A stretch of DNA of 64,000 bases from an uncultured Chloroflexia bacterium (GTDB lineage: Bacteria; Chloroflexota; Anaerolineae; Anaerolineales; Anaerolineaceae): positions 223 through 64,222 of the forward strand of contig CAVVGZ010000001.1 in the NCBI GenBank assembly GCA_963747965.1, in the 5' to 3' direction. The position numbers and the translations under genes were made by a program. The notes beneath the pieces were generated by a model. The model had not been told where the DNA came from. It saw only the letters and a list, made by a program, of their open reading frames with translations, and made no database searches. Every line of letters starts with the position of its first letter. The first letter of the stretch is position 1. Positions 31,254 to 40,428 of the stretch are shown here, piece by piece.

Positions 31254-32264
31254 ATGCCTTATATCCGCTTTGTGAATCTCAATAAATACTATGACAAAAA
31301 CCATGTACTTAAAGATATTAACCTGGATATTGAAAAAGGACGGCTGGTAACGCTGCTTGGACCTTCCGGATGCGGAAAAAGCACCTTGCTGCGCTGCCTT
31401 GCTGGTTTAGAGGAAGTTACAACTGGCAATGTGTATCTGGATGGTATAGACATCACGAATACCAGTCCCCGGGACCGAGGGATAGGCATGGTTTTCCAGC
31501 AGTATTCTCTCTTCCCTAACTTGACTGTCGCTGATAATGTGGCCTTTGGTCTTAAGATTAAAAAAGAGCCCAAGGATGATATTGTCAGAAAGGTTAAAAA
31601 TATTTTGGGGCTCGTTGGCCTTTCTGAAAAAATCTACAATTATCCCGGTCAGCTCTCTGGAGGACAACAGCAGCGTGTTGCCCTGGCTCGCGCTATTGTC
31701 ACAGAACCAAAGGTGCTGCTTCTGGACGAGCCTCTTTCAGCCATTGATGCCCTTCTCCGCCGAAACCTACGCATCGAAATCCGCCGCATTCAGAAGGAAC
31801 TGCACATCACCACAATTTTTGTCACGCATGATCAGGAAGAAGCGATGGTGATGTCGGATATGATTCACCTTCTCAGTGCAGGGTATATCGAGCAAAGCGG
31901 TACTGCCATCGATCTGTACTCCAGGCCGCGCACACTTTTTGCTGCATCCTTCATTGGCAACTATACCATCCTGCCCGCAGAGGATTTCAGCAGGATTTGC
32001 GGCGATGTACTTTATTGCCGGCACGTCGCTATTCGCCCTGAGATTGTTCACCTGGGACACCATCCAGATGAGGGTGGTGATAAATATCACCTTCGTGGCA
32101 CCATCAGCAACAGCATGTGCCACGGTAATATCATCCGTTACGATGTAGATTGTGCAGGAATCCATATTAATGCCGATGTAATTTTCGAGGGCGGTCTGCC
32201 GCTTAATGATGGGGAGGAAATGTTCCTATCCATTCAGAAAGAGGGCGTTATTGAGCTGGATTAA
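31254..32264 (+). CDS. ABC importer ATP-binding protein (PotA/MalK-like, with a C-terminal regulatory/TOBE-type domain)
   Basis: Walker A GPSGCGKST, signature LSGGQQQRVALARA and Walker B LLLDEPLSAID. Confidence 0.9.
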   Translation: MPYIRFVNLNKYYDKNHVLKDINLDIEKGRLVTLLGPSGCGKSTLLRCLAGLEEVTTGNVYLDGIDITNTSPRDRGIGMVFQQYSLFPNLTVADNVAFGLKIKKEPKDDIVRKVKNILGLVGLSEKIYNYPGQLSGGQQQRVALARAIVTEPKVLLLDEPLSAIDALLRRNLRIEIRRIQKELHITTIFVTHDQEEAMVMSDMIHLLSAGYIEQSGTAIDLYSRPRTLFAASFIGNYTILPAEDFSRICGDVLYCRHVAIRPEIVHLGHHPDEGGDKYHLRGTISNSMCHGNIIRYDVDCAGIHINADVIFEGGLPLNDGEEMFLSIQKEGVIELD

Positions 32265-32540
32265 TTCAGCTGAAATTAGGGCTGATCGAAGCCCGGCTGT
32301 TTTATTGAAAAATTCTTAGTAAAAGTGAAGATACAAGTCAGGGCCATTATTGTGATGTACAGGTTATCGGTAACTGCTTAATCCCTTTGCAGCCATTAAA
32401 AAAGGAGACATCATTAATCATTCCCGCGGATTATAGAAATCTTCATACTGGTCTGAGGAAATATGACTATCAACATCGCCCATCGCGGTTTCTCAGGAAA
32501 ATATCCAGAAAATACCATCCTTTCATTCCAGAAAGCACTT
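32164..32540 (+). repeat. segmental duplication R2: 3' end of the ATPase gene, the intergenic region and the first ~25 codons of the GDPD gene; partner at 42042-42422
   Basis: It is collinear with 42042-42422. The encoded tails are NADVIFEGGLPLNDGEEMFLSIQKEGVIELD versus NADEIFEGGLPLNDGEEMFLSIRKEGVIELD, and the GDPD starts are MTINIAHRGFSGKYPENTIL versus MTINIVYRGFSGKYPENTIL. Confidence 0.9.
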
Positions 32541-33200
32541 GATCTGGGCGTCGATGCAATTGAACTGGATGTGCAGCTCTCATTGGATGGAGAGGTGGTT
32601 ATTTTCCATGATGAGGAATTGTTACGCACCACAGGAGAGCAAGGCCTGCTGCAAGATTACACCTTAAATGAATTACATAAACTGGACGCTTCAGCAGCTT
32701 TCATAGGAAAATTTGGAATAAATCGCATTCCAACCCTTGTTGAGTACCTGGAATTGACCTCAAATAAAGAAATCCTCACTTTTCTGGAGCTGAAAAATGC
32801 CGTGATTTGTTACTCCCATTTGGAGGAAAAGGTAGCGGACTGTCTATACCGGTATGGACAGCAAAAGAAAGTTGTCTTGTTTTCAGCCAACCATCTCTCC
32901 GTCAAACTTTTTGGAGATCTGGCACCGGATGTACGCCTTCTCTTTTCCTTTGACAACTGGATTTTCAATTATGGGGCTTACTGCCGCAGCCATGGAATAA
33001 CAGCCTGTATGCCTTACTACCGTGCTCTAACATCGGAAGTGATCGCCGAGATAAAAAACCGTGGAGTATCTGTTTACCCCTGGACAGTGGATGAACCCGG
33101 GGAAATGCGGGAGTTAATCCGGTTGGGTGTGGATGGAATACTTACAAACAGGCCTGATCGTTTGAAAACTATTCTCCAGGACTCACAAAACAACACATGA
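32463..33200 (+). CDS. glycerophosphodiester phosphodiesterase (GDPD family)
   Basis: The N-terminal catalytic motifs are IAHRGFSGKYPENT and AIELDVQLSLDGEVVIFHD. The protein is 245 aa. Confidence 0.85.
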   Translation: MTINIAHRGFSGKYPENTILSFQKALDLGVDAIELDVQLSLDGEVVIFHDEELLRTTGEQGLLQDYTLNELHKLDASAAFIGKFGINRIPTLVEYLELTSNKEILTFLELKNAVICYSHLEEKVADCLYRYGQQKKVVLFSANHLSVKLFGDLAPDVRLLFSFDNWIFNYGAYCRSHGITACMPYYRALTSEVIAEIKNRGVSVYPWTVDEPGEMRELIRLGVDGILTNRPDRLKTILQDSQNNT

Positions 33201-33225
33201 AATTATTGGATGTTCTAAAAAAACC

Positions 33226-34665
33226 ATGACAGAAAACCAATCATTATTATCTGTGGGCATAGATGTTGGCACAACAACAACGCAGCTTGTCTTTTCGCGC
33301 CTGCACCTTTCCAATGTAGCCAGAACTGGAATGATACCACGCGTGACCATAACAGATCGGGAAGTCCTCTACCAGAGTCCGATTGTTTTCACTCCGCTTT
33401 TAGACCAAAATACCATCGATGCAGGAAAATTAAGCGAAATTGTCCGCCAAGAATATGCTGCAGCTAATATTCATTCCAGCCAGGTTGCCACTGGCGCCGT
33501 AATCATCACCGGTGAAACAGCAAAAAAGAAAAACGCCGATTCAATTCTTCAGGCTCTTTCCGGGCTGGCTGGTGATTTCATAGTCAGTATAGCCGGTCCA
33601 AACGTCGAAAGCCTGATTTCGGGCAGAGGGTCCGGTGCCGCGCATTATTCCCAAACACACTACACAACAGTAACGAATGTTGATATTGGCGGTGGCAGCG
33701 CCAACAGCGCGATTTTTCGCAGCGGCAACCTGCTAAGCGGTGCAGCCATGAACTATGGAGGGAGGATCCTGATCATCAATCATGCTACTGGCCGGATCCA
33801 GCATATTGCTGAACCAGCGAAATTAATTTTGGAGGACTGCAGGGTCAACCTGAAAATTGGAGATGTCCCTTCAGTTGAAGACCTCCGCACCTTTTCTGAC
33901 CGAATGGCTGCTATCACAGTGGAACTCATTGAAGGCACTACCTCTCCATTGGCCAGGCAGCTGTACCTCACACCTCCCATGTCAATCTCCGGCAAAGGCA
34001 CTACCCTGATGTTTTCCGGTGGTATCGGTTATTACTATTACAATCCGCTTGCAGCCAATAATCTTGATGACATCACCATCCATGATGATATCGGTCCACT
34101 ATTGGCAGAGAGCCTGCGGCGTAACCCGATCCTATCTGCCTACCAGGTGCTCCCCCCTGGTGAAACCATGCGCGCCACTGTGTTGGGAGCAAGCACCCAG
34201 ACAGTTACCCTTTCCGGATCCACGATCTGGGCTGAACGCCAGATACTACCCTTGAAGAACATTCCGGTCATTCAACAGCTGCTTACTGTTGACCAAAATC
34301 CTGAAGGTATCGCCCTCTTTTTGAAGGAAACAATATCTCGCTTTGACCTCGATATTGCTAACGATCAATATGCCCTCGTACTCAATTTTAGCGGACCATT
34401 AGAATACCGGACGCTCTTAAACATTGCCACCGGGCTGCAAGAGTTCTCCAGATTCCTTCCCCCAGTGAAACCACTTCTTATTATCATCGAAAGGGATTAT
34501 GCCCAGGCACTTGGGCAAACCGTCAAAGGATTAATGCCGTCCCGGCCACTACTGGTGATTGACCAGGTTGGGCTGATGCAGGGCGATTACATTGACATCG
34601 GCACTCCGCTTATGGATGGGCGGGTTGTTCCATTGAGTATTAAGACGCTGGTTTTTTATAATTAA
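33226..34665 (+). CDS. eutA: ethanolamine ammonia-lyase reactivase EutA
   Basis: The N-terminus LLSVGIDVGTTTTQLVFSRL...IIITGETAKKKNA...AGDFIVSIAGPNVESLISGRGSGA closely parallels E. coli EutA (recalled from memory). Confidence 0.9.
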   Translation: MTENQSLLSVGIDVGTTTTQLVFSRLHLSNVARTGMIPRVTITDREVLYQSPIVFTPLLDQNTIDAGKLSEIVRQEYAAANIHSSQVATGAVIITGETAKKKNADSILQALSGLAGDFIVSIAGPNVESLISGRGSGAAHYSQTHYTTVTNVDIGGGSANSAIFRSGNLLSGAAMNYGGRILIINHATGRIQHIAEPAKLILEDCRVNLKIGDVPSVEDLRTFSDRMAAITVELIEGTTSPLARQLYLTPPMSISGKGTTLMFSGGIGYYYYNPLAANNLDDITIHDDIGPLLAESLRRNPILSAYQVLPPGETMRATVLGASTQTVTLSGSTIWAERQILPLKNIPVIQQLLTVDQNPEGIALFLKETISRFDLDIANDQYALVLNFSGPLEYRTLLNIATGLQEFSRFLPPVKPLLIIIERDYAQALGQTVKGLMPSRPLLVIDQVGLMQGDYIDIGTPLMDGRVVPLSIKTLVFYN

Positions 34666-34769
34666 TTGAGTTGGTTTTGGATGATTGCTTCAAATAACAA
34701 TTGGAAGTGATAAACCCGGTATAATAATTTCAACTTTGGGACATCATCCCTCACCCCTTTGGAAAATCA

Positions 34770-36138
34770 ATGCTCCTTCGAACGAAACTGCACGGTAGAA
34801 CTTACGAATTCCCGGATATTCGCCTGCTCATGGGAAAAGCGAACGAGGAAAAATCCGGGGATCAATTGGCTGCGGTTGCAGCAGAAAGTGCTGCCGAACG
34901 AATTGCTGCCCGCATGGTGCTGGCCGCGGTGCCGTTATGGGTGTTGCACGAGAACCCCGCTGTGCCCTATGATCAGGATGAAGTGACACGCGTCATCCAG
35001 GATGCCGTCGATCAGGAAATATATAAGGAGATTAAAGGTTGGACAGTTGGGGAATTAAGAGAATGGCTGCTGGCTGATACCACATCCTCAGATTTGATCC
35101 GGCACATATCAAATGGGTTAACTTCCGAAATGGTTGCAGCCGTCACAAAAATTATGTCTAACCTGGACCTGATCTATGGTGCCAGTAAGATTTCCATCAC
35201 GGCTCATTGCAACAATACCATGGGTGCCCAAGGCACCCTGGCCAGCCGACTACAACCCAACCACCCCACCGACTCTCCCGAGGCGATCCGGGCAGAAATC
35301 TACGAGGGTTTGTCTTATGGCGCTGGGGATTCGGTTATTGGGATAAACCCCTCCGATGATTCATATTCATCGGTTTCCCGCCTCCTGGATATGACCTTCG
35401 ATGTCATCACAAAATGGGATATCCCTACACAGAACTGCGTCCTGGCACATGTGACTACCCAAATGAAGTGCCTTCAGTCAGGCTCACCGGTTGGATTGGT
35501 TTTCCAATCCATCTCTGGTTCTCAGAAAGGGTGTGAATCCTTTGGAGATTTCGGTTGGAATGCTGGATGAGGCCTACAACCTGGCAAACAAACACTGTTT
35601 TCCCAGCGGCCCAAATTTTATGTATTTTGAGACCGGCCAGGGCTCCGCCCTATCTGCAGACGCCCATAATGGGTGGGACCAGCTGACCCTGGAAGCAAGG
35701 AACTATGGCCTCGCCAAACGCTATCATCCTTTCCAGGTTAACACAGTGGTCGGGTTCATTGGGCCAGAGTATCTTTATGATGCGCGCCAGATCCAAAGGG
35801 CAGGCCTGGAAGATCATTTCATGGGCAAGCTGACAGGCATCCCGATGGGAGTGGACGCCTGTTATACCAACCACGCCCGCGCTGACCAGAATTCCATTGA
35901 AAATCTGGCGGTCTTGCTTACCGCTGCAGGATGCAGCTATTTCATGGCAGTTCCCATGGGCGACGATTCAATGCTTTCTTACCAATCCACATCCTACCAT
36001 GACACCCCCACCTTGCGGCAGCTCTTCAAAGCCCGCCCGGCACCAGAATTTGAATCTTGGCTGGTATCGCTTGGGCTTATGAAGAACGGCACCCTGACGG
36101 AGTTGGCTGGCGACCCAACCTTTTTCCTGCGTCATTGA
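34770..36138 (+). CDS. eutB: ethanolamine ammonia-lyase large subunit EutB; frame change at ~35547
   Basis: The N-terminus TKLHGRTYEFPDIRLLMGKANEEKSGDQLAAVAA is EutB-like. ORFs 34770-35570 and 35491-36138 join as LVFQSISGSQKGCESFG/ISVGMLDEAY if one g is removed from ggaGatt. Confidence 0.9.
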
Positions 36139-36144
36139 CCGGTA

Positions 36145-37080
36145 TTGATCATGAATGATACAGAATTCAACCAGCTAGTGGAAGCGGTAATTCGCCAATT
36201 AATATTAGATGGTGTTATCCCGCCATCCCCCAGCCTCCCCCATGCTTCCTCCGGGCAGCTGCCCCGAATATCTTCGTCAACCATTTTATCTTCCAGCCTT
36301 ACCATCGACCTGCCGGATGCAGCTTCGGAGAATCTCAGATATCTGCCAGGTATACATCATCCAAAAGATCCAGCTGCACTTAAAGAGCTTATCGCTTCCA
36401 CTTCTGCCCGCATTGGGGTAGGCAGATCAGGACCGCGTTACACCACCGCTTCGCTGCTCCTTTTCCAGGGAGACCATGCGGTAACCCAGGATGCCCTCTA
36501 TCGCGAGGTTGATCAGAAGCTCCTGGATGAGTTCAACCTGTTCACCGTTCAAACCAGGATTACGGAAGGGAAGGAGGAGTATCTTCTCCGGCCTGACCTT
36601 GGCCGCCAATTAAGCAGTGAAGCCAGGAACATGATCAACCAAAAATGTATTAAGAATCCACAGATTCAACTTGTGGTTGGAGATGGCTTAAGCGCAGCAG
36701 CCATAGAAAGCAACTTGCGTCAGATCTTTCCGGTGATTAAACAGGGAATCCAGTCATCAGGCTTGACCCTGGGGACACCTTTTTACGTAAAATACTGCCG
36801 GGTCGGTGTCATAAATGATATTGGCGACATATTAAATCCGGAAATCATAATTCTGCTGATCGGAGAACGTCCTGGTCTCGGACGCGCCGAAAGCATGAGC
36901 GCTTACATGGCTTTTCGGCCGAAAAATCAGCAAAACGATTCGGACCGGGATGTGATATGCAATATCTTCGAAAACGGCGGAACCAATCCGCTTGAAGCTG
37001 GGGCTTTTATTGTTCAGTTTGTTCAAAAAATGCGCCGGCACCAGGCATCCGGTGTTAAATTGAAATTGGCAGCAGGGTAG
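36145..37080 (+). CDS. eutC: ethanolamine ammonia-lyase small subunit EutC
   Basis: Conserved EutC segments are present: ARIGVGRSGPR, LLRPDLGRQL, VVGDGLSAAAI, GTPFYVKYCRVG and LLIGERPGLG. An alternative start is ATG 36151. Confidence 0.85.
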   Translation: MIMNDTEFNQLVEAVIRQLILDGVIPPSPSLPHASSGQLPRISSSTILSSSLTIDLPDAASENLRYLPGIHHPKDPAALKELIASTSARIGVGRSGPRYTTASLLLFQGDHAVTQDALYREVDQKLLDEFNLFTVQTRITEGKEEYLLRPDLGRQLSSEARNMINQKCIKNPQIQLVVGDGLSAAAIESNLRQIFPVIKQGIQSSGLTLGTPFYVKYCRVGVINDIGDILNPEIIILLIGERPGLGRAESMSAYMAFRPKNQQNDSDRDVICNIFENGGTNPLEAGAFIVQFVQKMRRHQASGVKLKLAAG

Positions 37081-37086
37081 GTATAG

Positions 37087-37743
37087 ATGGCTACACTTGA
37101 TAGGTTATATGCAAAACCCCTTTCGGTTCAAATCATCCCGCGGGTCGACCTCAACTTCGCTGAAAAGCTGAACCTTGGGCCGGACCAGGTTTCAATTGGC
37201 TTGATTACATCCGATAATGACGACTCTACCTATGTGTCAATTGATCACGCTACCAAAATGGCAGATGTTGAAGTAATCTATGCGCATTCCTTCTATGCTG
37301 GCGCAAAGCATTCTTCAGGCCTGCTTTCAGGTGAGATTATGGCCATATTGGCCGGCCCAAATCCTTACGAGGTCAGTGCCGGGCTGGATGCCGCCGTTGA
37401 TTATATGAAAAATGAGGCCTTCTGGTATTCAGCAAACATGGACGCATCCGTGGCTTTTTTCCCGCATGTCATTTCAAAGACCGGATCCTATCTGTCTAAA
37501 GTAAACAACATCCCCATTGGTTCATCAATTGCCTACCTGGTTGCCCCGCCAATGGAGGGACTTATCGCGCTGGATGCAGCTTTGAAAGCGGCTGCCGTAA
37601 CCATAGCTACACTGACCATGCCTCCATCAGAAACAAACTTCATGGGGGTGGTTCTCACCGGAGACCAGTCTTCCTGTAGAGCCGCCGCAGCTGCTTTCCA
37701 ATACAAAGTATTGGATGTGGTGAATAACCCACTAAAGTATTAG
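37087..37743 (+). CDS. eutL: BMC-T microcompartment shell protein EutL
   Basis: The sequence is collinear with E. coli EutL along the whole length: GLITSDNDDSTYVSIDHATK, SFYAGAKH, GPNPYEVSAGLDA, SKTGSYLS, AYLVAPPMEG and PPSETNF. Confidence 0.9.
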   Translation: MATLDRLYAKPLSVQIIPRVDLNFAEKLNLGPDQVSIGLITSDNDDSTYVSIDHATKMADVEVIYAHSFYAGAKHSSGLLSGEIMAILAGPNPYEVSAGLDAAVDYMKNEAFWYSANMDASVAFFPHVISKTGSYLSKVNNIPIGSSIAYLVAPPMEGLIALDAALKAAAVTIATLTMPPSETNFMGVVLTGDQSSCRAAAAAFQYKVLDVVNNPLKY

Positions 37744-37826
37744 GAATCTTGGTCATTCTGCAAACATGCAGAAAAGACCGGTACGATTTTTTGTAACCTT
37801 ATTTACAAAACAACCCTGGAGGCAGC

Positions 37827-38402
37827 ATGCGTCGCCATTTTTTCACGGCAGATGACATATACCAGCTAATAAACAAGCAAAACCCATCCGTCCTTCTTAT
37901 TGGTCCAGACGACATCATCACGCCCCAAGCTGAAGATCTGGCTAATAAATTAGGCTTGCGTGTAATCCGGGAAATGGAGTCACAAGATTCGGTCTCCAAT
38001 CAAATCCAGCCGGGTTTCCATCAACTGCCTTCTCAATTCCTGCCGCCATTAATTGTGGTGAGGGGATCCCAGGTGGTCCTCGAAAATTTCGGCTCTGACA
38101 CTTCTGAACAGAACGCCAATACCCGCTTGAAGGACGTGATTACCTCATCTGACAGGTCTCCAATGGCTGCCGGTTATATGGCTCTTGATAAAGGAAATTT
38201 CTCCTGGACACTATCCTATGATGAAATTGATATCATTCTGGAAGGTGAAATGGAGATCAGGCGTGGATTTGATGTAGTGCGCGGGGGGGTTGGAGACGTA
38301 ATTTATGTTCCGAAAGGCTCGAGTGTGGTTTTCAGCACTCCAGGCAAAGTGCGTTTCGTCTATGTTACATACCCGGCCGACTGGCAGGAAAAATTACCCT
38401 GA
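37827..38402 (+). CDS. eutQ: ethanolamine utilisation cupin protein EutQ
   Basis: The N-terminal FTADDI...IITPQAEDLANKLG and the C-terminal cupin MAAGYM...WTLSYDEIDIILEGEMEI...GDVIYVPKGSSVVFSTPGKVRFVYVTYPADWQ match E. coli EutQ (recalled from memory). Confidence 0.85.
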   Translation: MRRHFFTADDIYQLINKQNPSVLLIGPDDIITPQAEDLANKLGLRVIREMESQDSVSNQIQPGFHQLPSQFLPPLIVVRGSQVVLENFGSDTSEQNANTRLKDVITSSDRSPMAAGYMALDKGNFSWTLSYDEIDIILEGEMEIRRGFDVVRGGVGDVIYVPKGSSVVFSTPGKVRFVYVTYPADWQEKLP

Positions 38403-38526
38403 TTTTCGGGGAGGGGCTTTTCCGAATATTAGCAGGATTAATAAATCCAACCGGAAATTTATAAAACGCTAAATTGGGGTCATTTTTATTCTGACAATAA
38501 TACAAACTTTTGTTGCCGTAATTTCA

Positions 38527-38682
38527 TGATGTGAAAAAAGATCAGCGGTTCATGGGGAAAATAACGATGCGTGGGGAAGCATCCTGCAGACGGTTTTAGC
38601 ACCCGCCAGCGGCCGCGTGTTGTTCCTGGTTACTTCACTGGCGATCAATAACGGAGATCCATTGCTGGCTATCGGGGCTTAA
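38527..38682 (+). pseudogene. 3' remnant of an AstE/AspA-family deacylase gene (start of R1')
   Basis: It is homologous to 26464-26617 (...PASGR.LFLVTSLAINNGDPLLAIGA stop) but has no upstream gene body and carries internal indels. Confidence 0.8.
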
Positions 38683-38875
38683 TCATCTTTGCCTTTATCT
38701 CCCACTCCCCTATTCTTTGAGAGACTGATGGAACAGTCTCCTTAATGGAGGATTCGGAAACCGGGTATTGAGCGGGCAATCGAAAGTACTGGTGATTAGT
38801 GCGTACGATCAATTTCATACCCGCATTGACTGGAATAAACACTAACATAAATAATTTAATACTTAAAGGAGAATA

Positions 38876-39268
38876 ATGAAAAAGTTATTGGTCTTTTCTT
38901 TTATAGATATGATTGCGGCAATTGCGCTTGTGAGTTGCTCAACTGCCGCTACTACTGTTCCTCCTGCGCCAAATGCCACCTTGACTGATATCGTTGCACC
39001 TACTTCAATTCCTGCAACTTCAGCACCCGCCTCTCCAACCACACCTCCAGCAACACCTGATCCTGGCAGCAGCACAACAGCTATCGATGGAAAAACATTG
39101 TTAGAAACCCGCTGCACTGTCTGTCACTCACTTGATAGGGTAAACACAAAGTCAGGCTCCCCAGATGAATGGAAAAGCACAGTGGATCGGATGGTTCAAA
39201 AAGGTGCAGAATTATCAAGTGAGGAAGCAGTCATTCTGGTTCAATACCTGGCAGAAAATTTTAAATAG
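38876..39268 (+). CDS. small monohaem cytochrome-c-like lipoprotein, paralogue D
   Basis: It is identical to paralogue C at 124 of 130 residues, counted from the supplied translations. Confidence 0.75.
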   Translation: MKKLLVFSFIDMIAAIALVSCSTAATTVPPAPNATLTDIVAPTSIPATSAPASPTTPPATPDPGSSTTAIDGKTLLETRCTVCHSLDRVNTKSGSPDEWKSTVDRMVQKGAELSSEEAVILVQYLAENFK

Positions 39269-39619
39269 GGGTTATCAATGTAACAAAACTAATTCTGTTG
39301 CAGCGTCCTCTCAATTAGCCTTAATTTTGGAAAAAAATTGCCGATGATGCAATTAACTCGACTCAAATCGATTCCGATGATAATAATCGCCCGGTTTTAA
39401 ATTCCGTGGATACCCAACCCCGGAATTTTAATAAATTTACATTGAAAAGGAGAGGACCAGATGGGCATGTATCAAAACATCGGACAGGCAGGAAGAATAT
39501 TTTATGGTTTCTCAAATCCGATTTACCTGGGCTGAATAAATGTGGTTTCCATAAAGGAAATTTGGTAAATCCAATTCACCTACTGCGGAAATGTAATCAG
39601 GAGCATATCATCCCATCAT

Positions 39620-40428
39620 TTGTTATAGATTAATTCGGATCGGAGAAAGCTATTATTGCTATGACATAAATTCGGCATAACCTGGAAATCCGCCATACAA
39701 TCCCAAACCTGGTGTAAATGGAATTCTAGATTCCGTGCACCTGGATGTTAATCTTATAATCTCGATAATGAAGTTGACCCAATTATGTTTTGCAAAGAAG
39801 ATGCCTGATCCTGGATATATAAGACGGATTTCGTAGCTGTCGCAGTATTGAACATGGTGGTTACAGAATTACATCCAAAAGACCGGCCTTTTGTTGTAGA
39901 TTTCTTATATGATCCAAAAACATCTCTTGCAGTTGCCAAAGCAACAGGGATTTCATCATTAGAGAGGTAATCACGGGTGTATATAAAAGCGATTTGGGTT
40001 TATGATAGCCAGACACAGCAGAATTATTCAGGTATTGAGGAATTATTGACCCGGAAAATGTTCGCATTATTGCTATATATTACCCCGGAGTTTGCCACTC
40101 CCCCTCGGATCAAGACCGGTTGCACAAAGGGCACGCTTTTTAGCAGCATCTTCGATTTTGTACGCAATTTTAATTGCAAGGCTAATGGCAGATGCATACC
40201 CGGATCTCTCATGTGTTCAAGAAGCAAAAGATGGGCTTAATGATTGTGATATTCTGTAATTTCTTAATACTGGAGCAAAAATTGAAAACATTAAAGAATT
40301 CTTGACCGACGCAGATGGGGAAATTGTGGGATTTGAAGATGGATAAAAAAAACCTGGAATCCTGTTGATCCTGATTGGGTAAAAGTATTTATGAAGACAG
40401 TTCGTGAAATTCGTAAGGAAATAGAATG
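39620..40428 (+). pseudogene. BtpA/SgcQ-family gene with multiple frame changes and stops
   Basis: Pieces in three frames are collinear with E. coli SgcQ: KAIIAM, LPGNPPYNP, NEVDPIMF, RPFVVDFLYDPKTSLAVAKATGISS(F)IRE, YITPEFATPP, NTGAKIENIKEFLTDADG and WNPVDPDWVKVFMKTVREIRKE. The stop overlaps the ATG of the kinase gene (ATGA at 40426). Confidence 0.65.

Larger units (their letters stand above)
38527..39271 (+). repeat. segmental duplication R1' (partner of 26464-27210)
   Basis: It contains the same hairpin (shortened), promoter, RBS and cytochrome gene. Homology stops about 4 nt after the stop codon. Confidence 0.9.
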
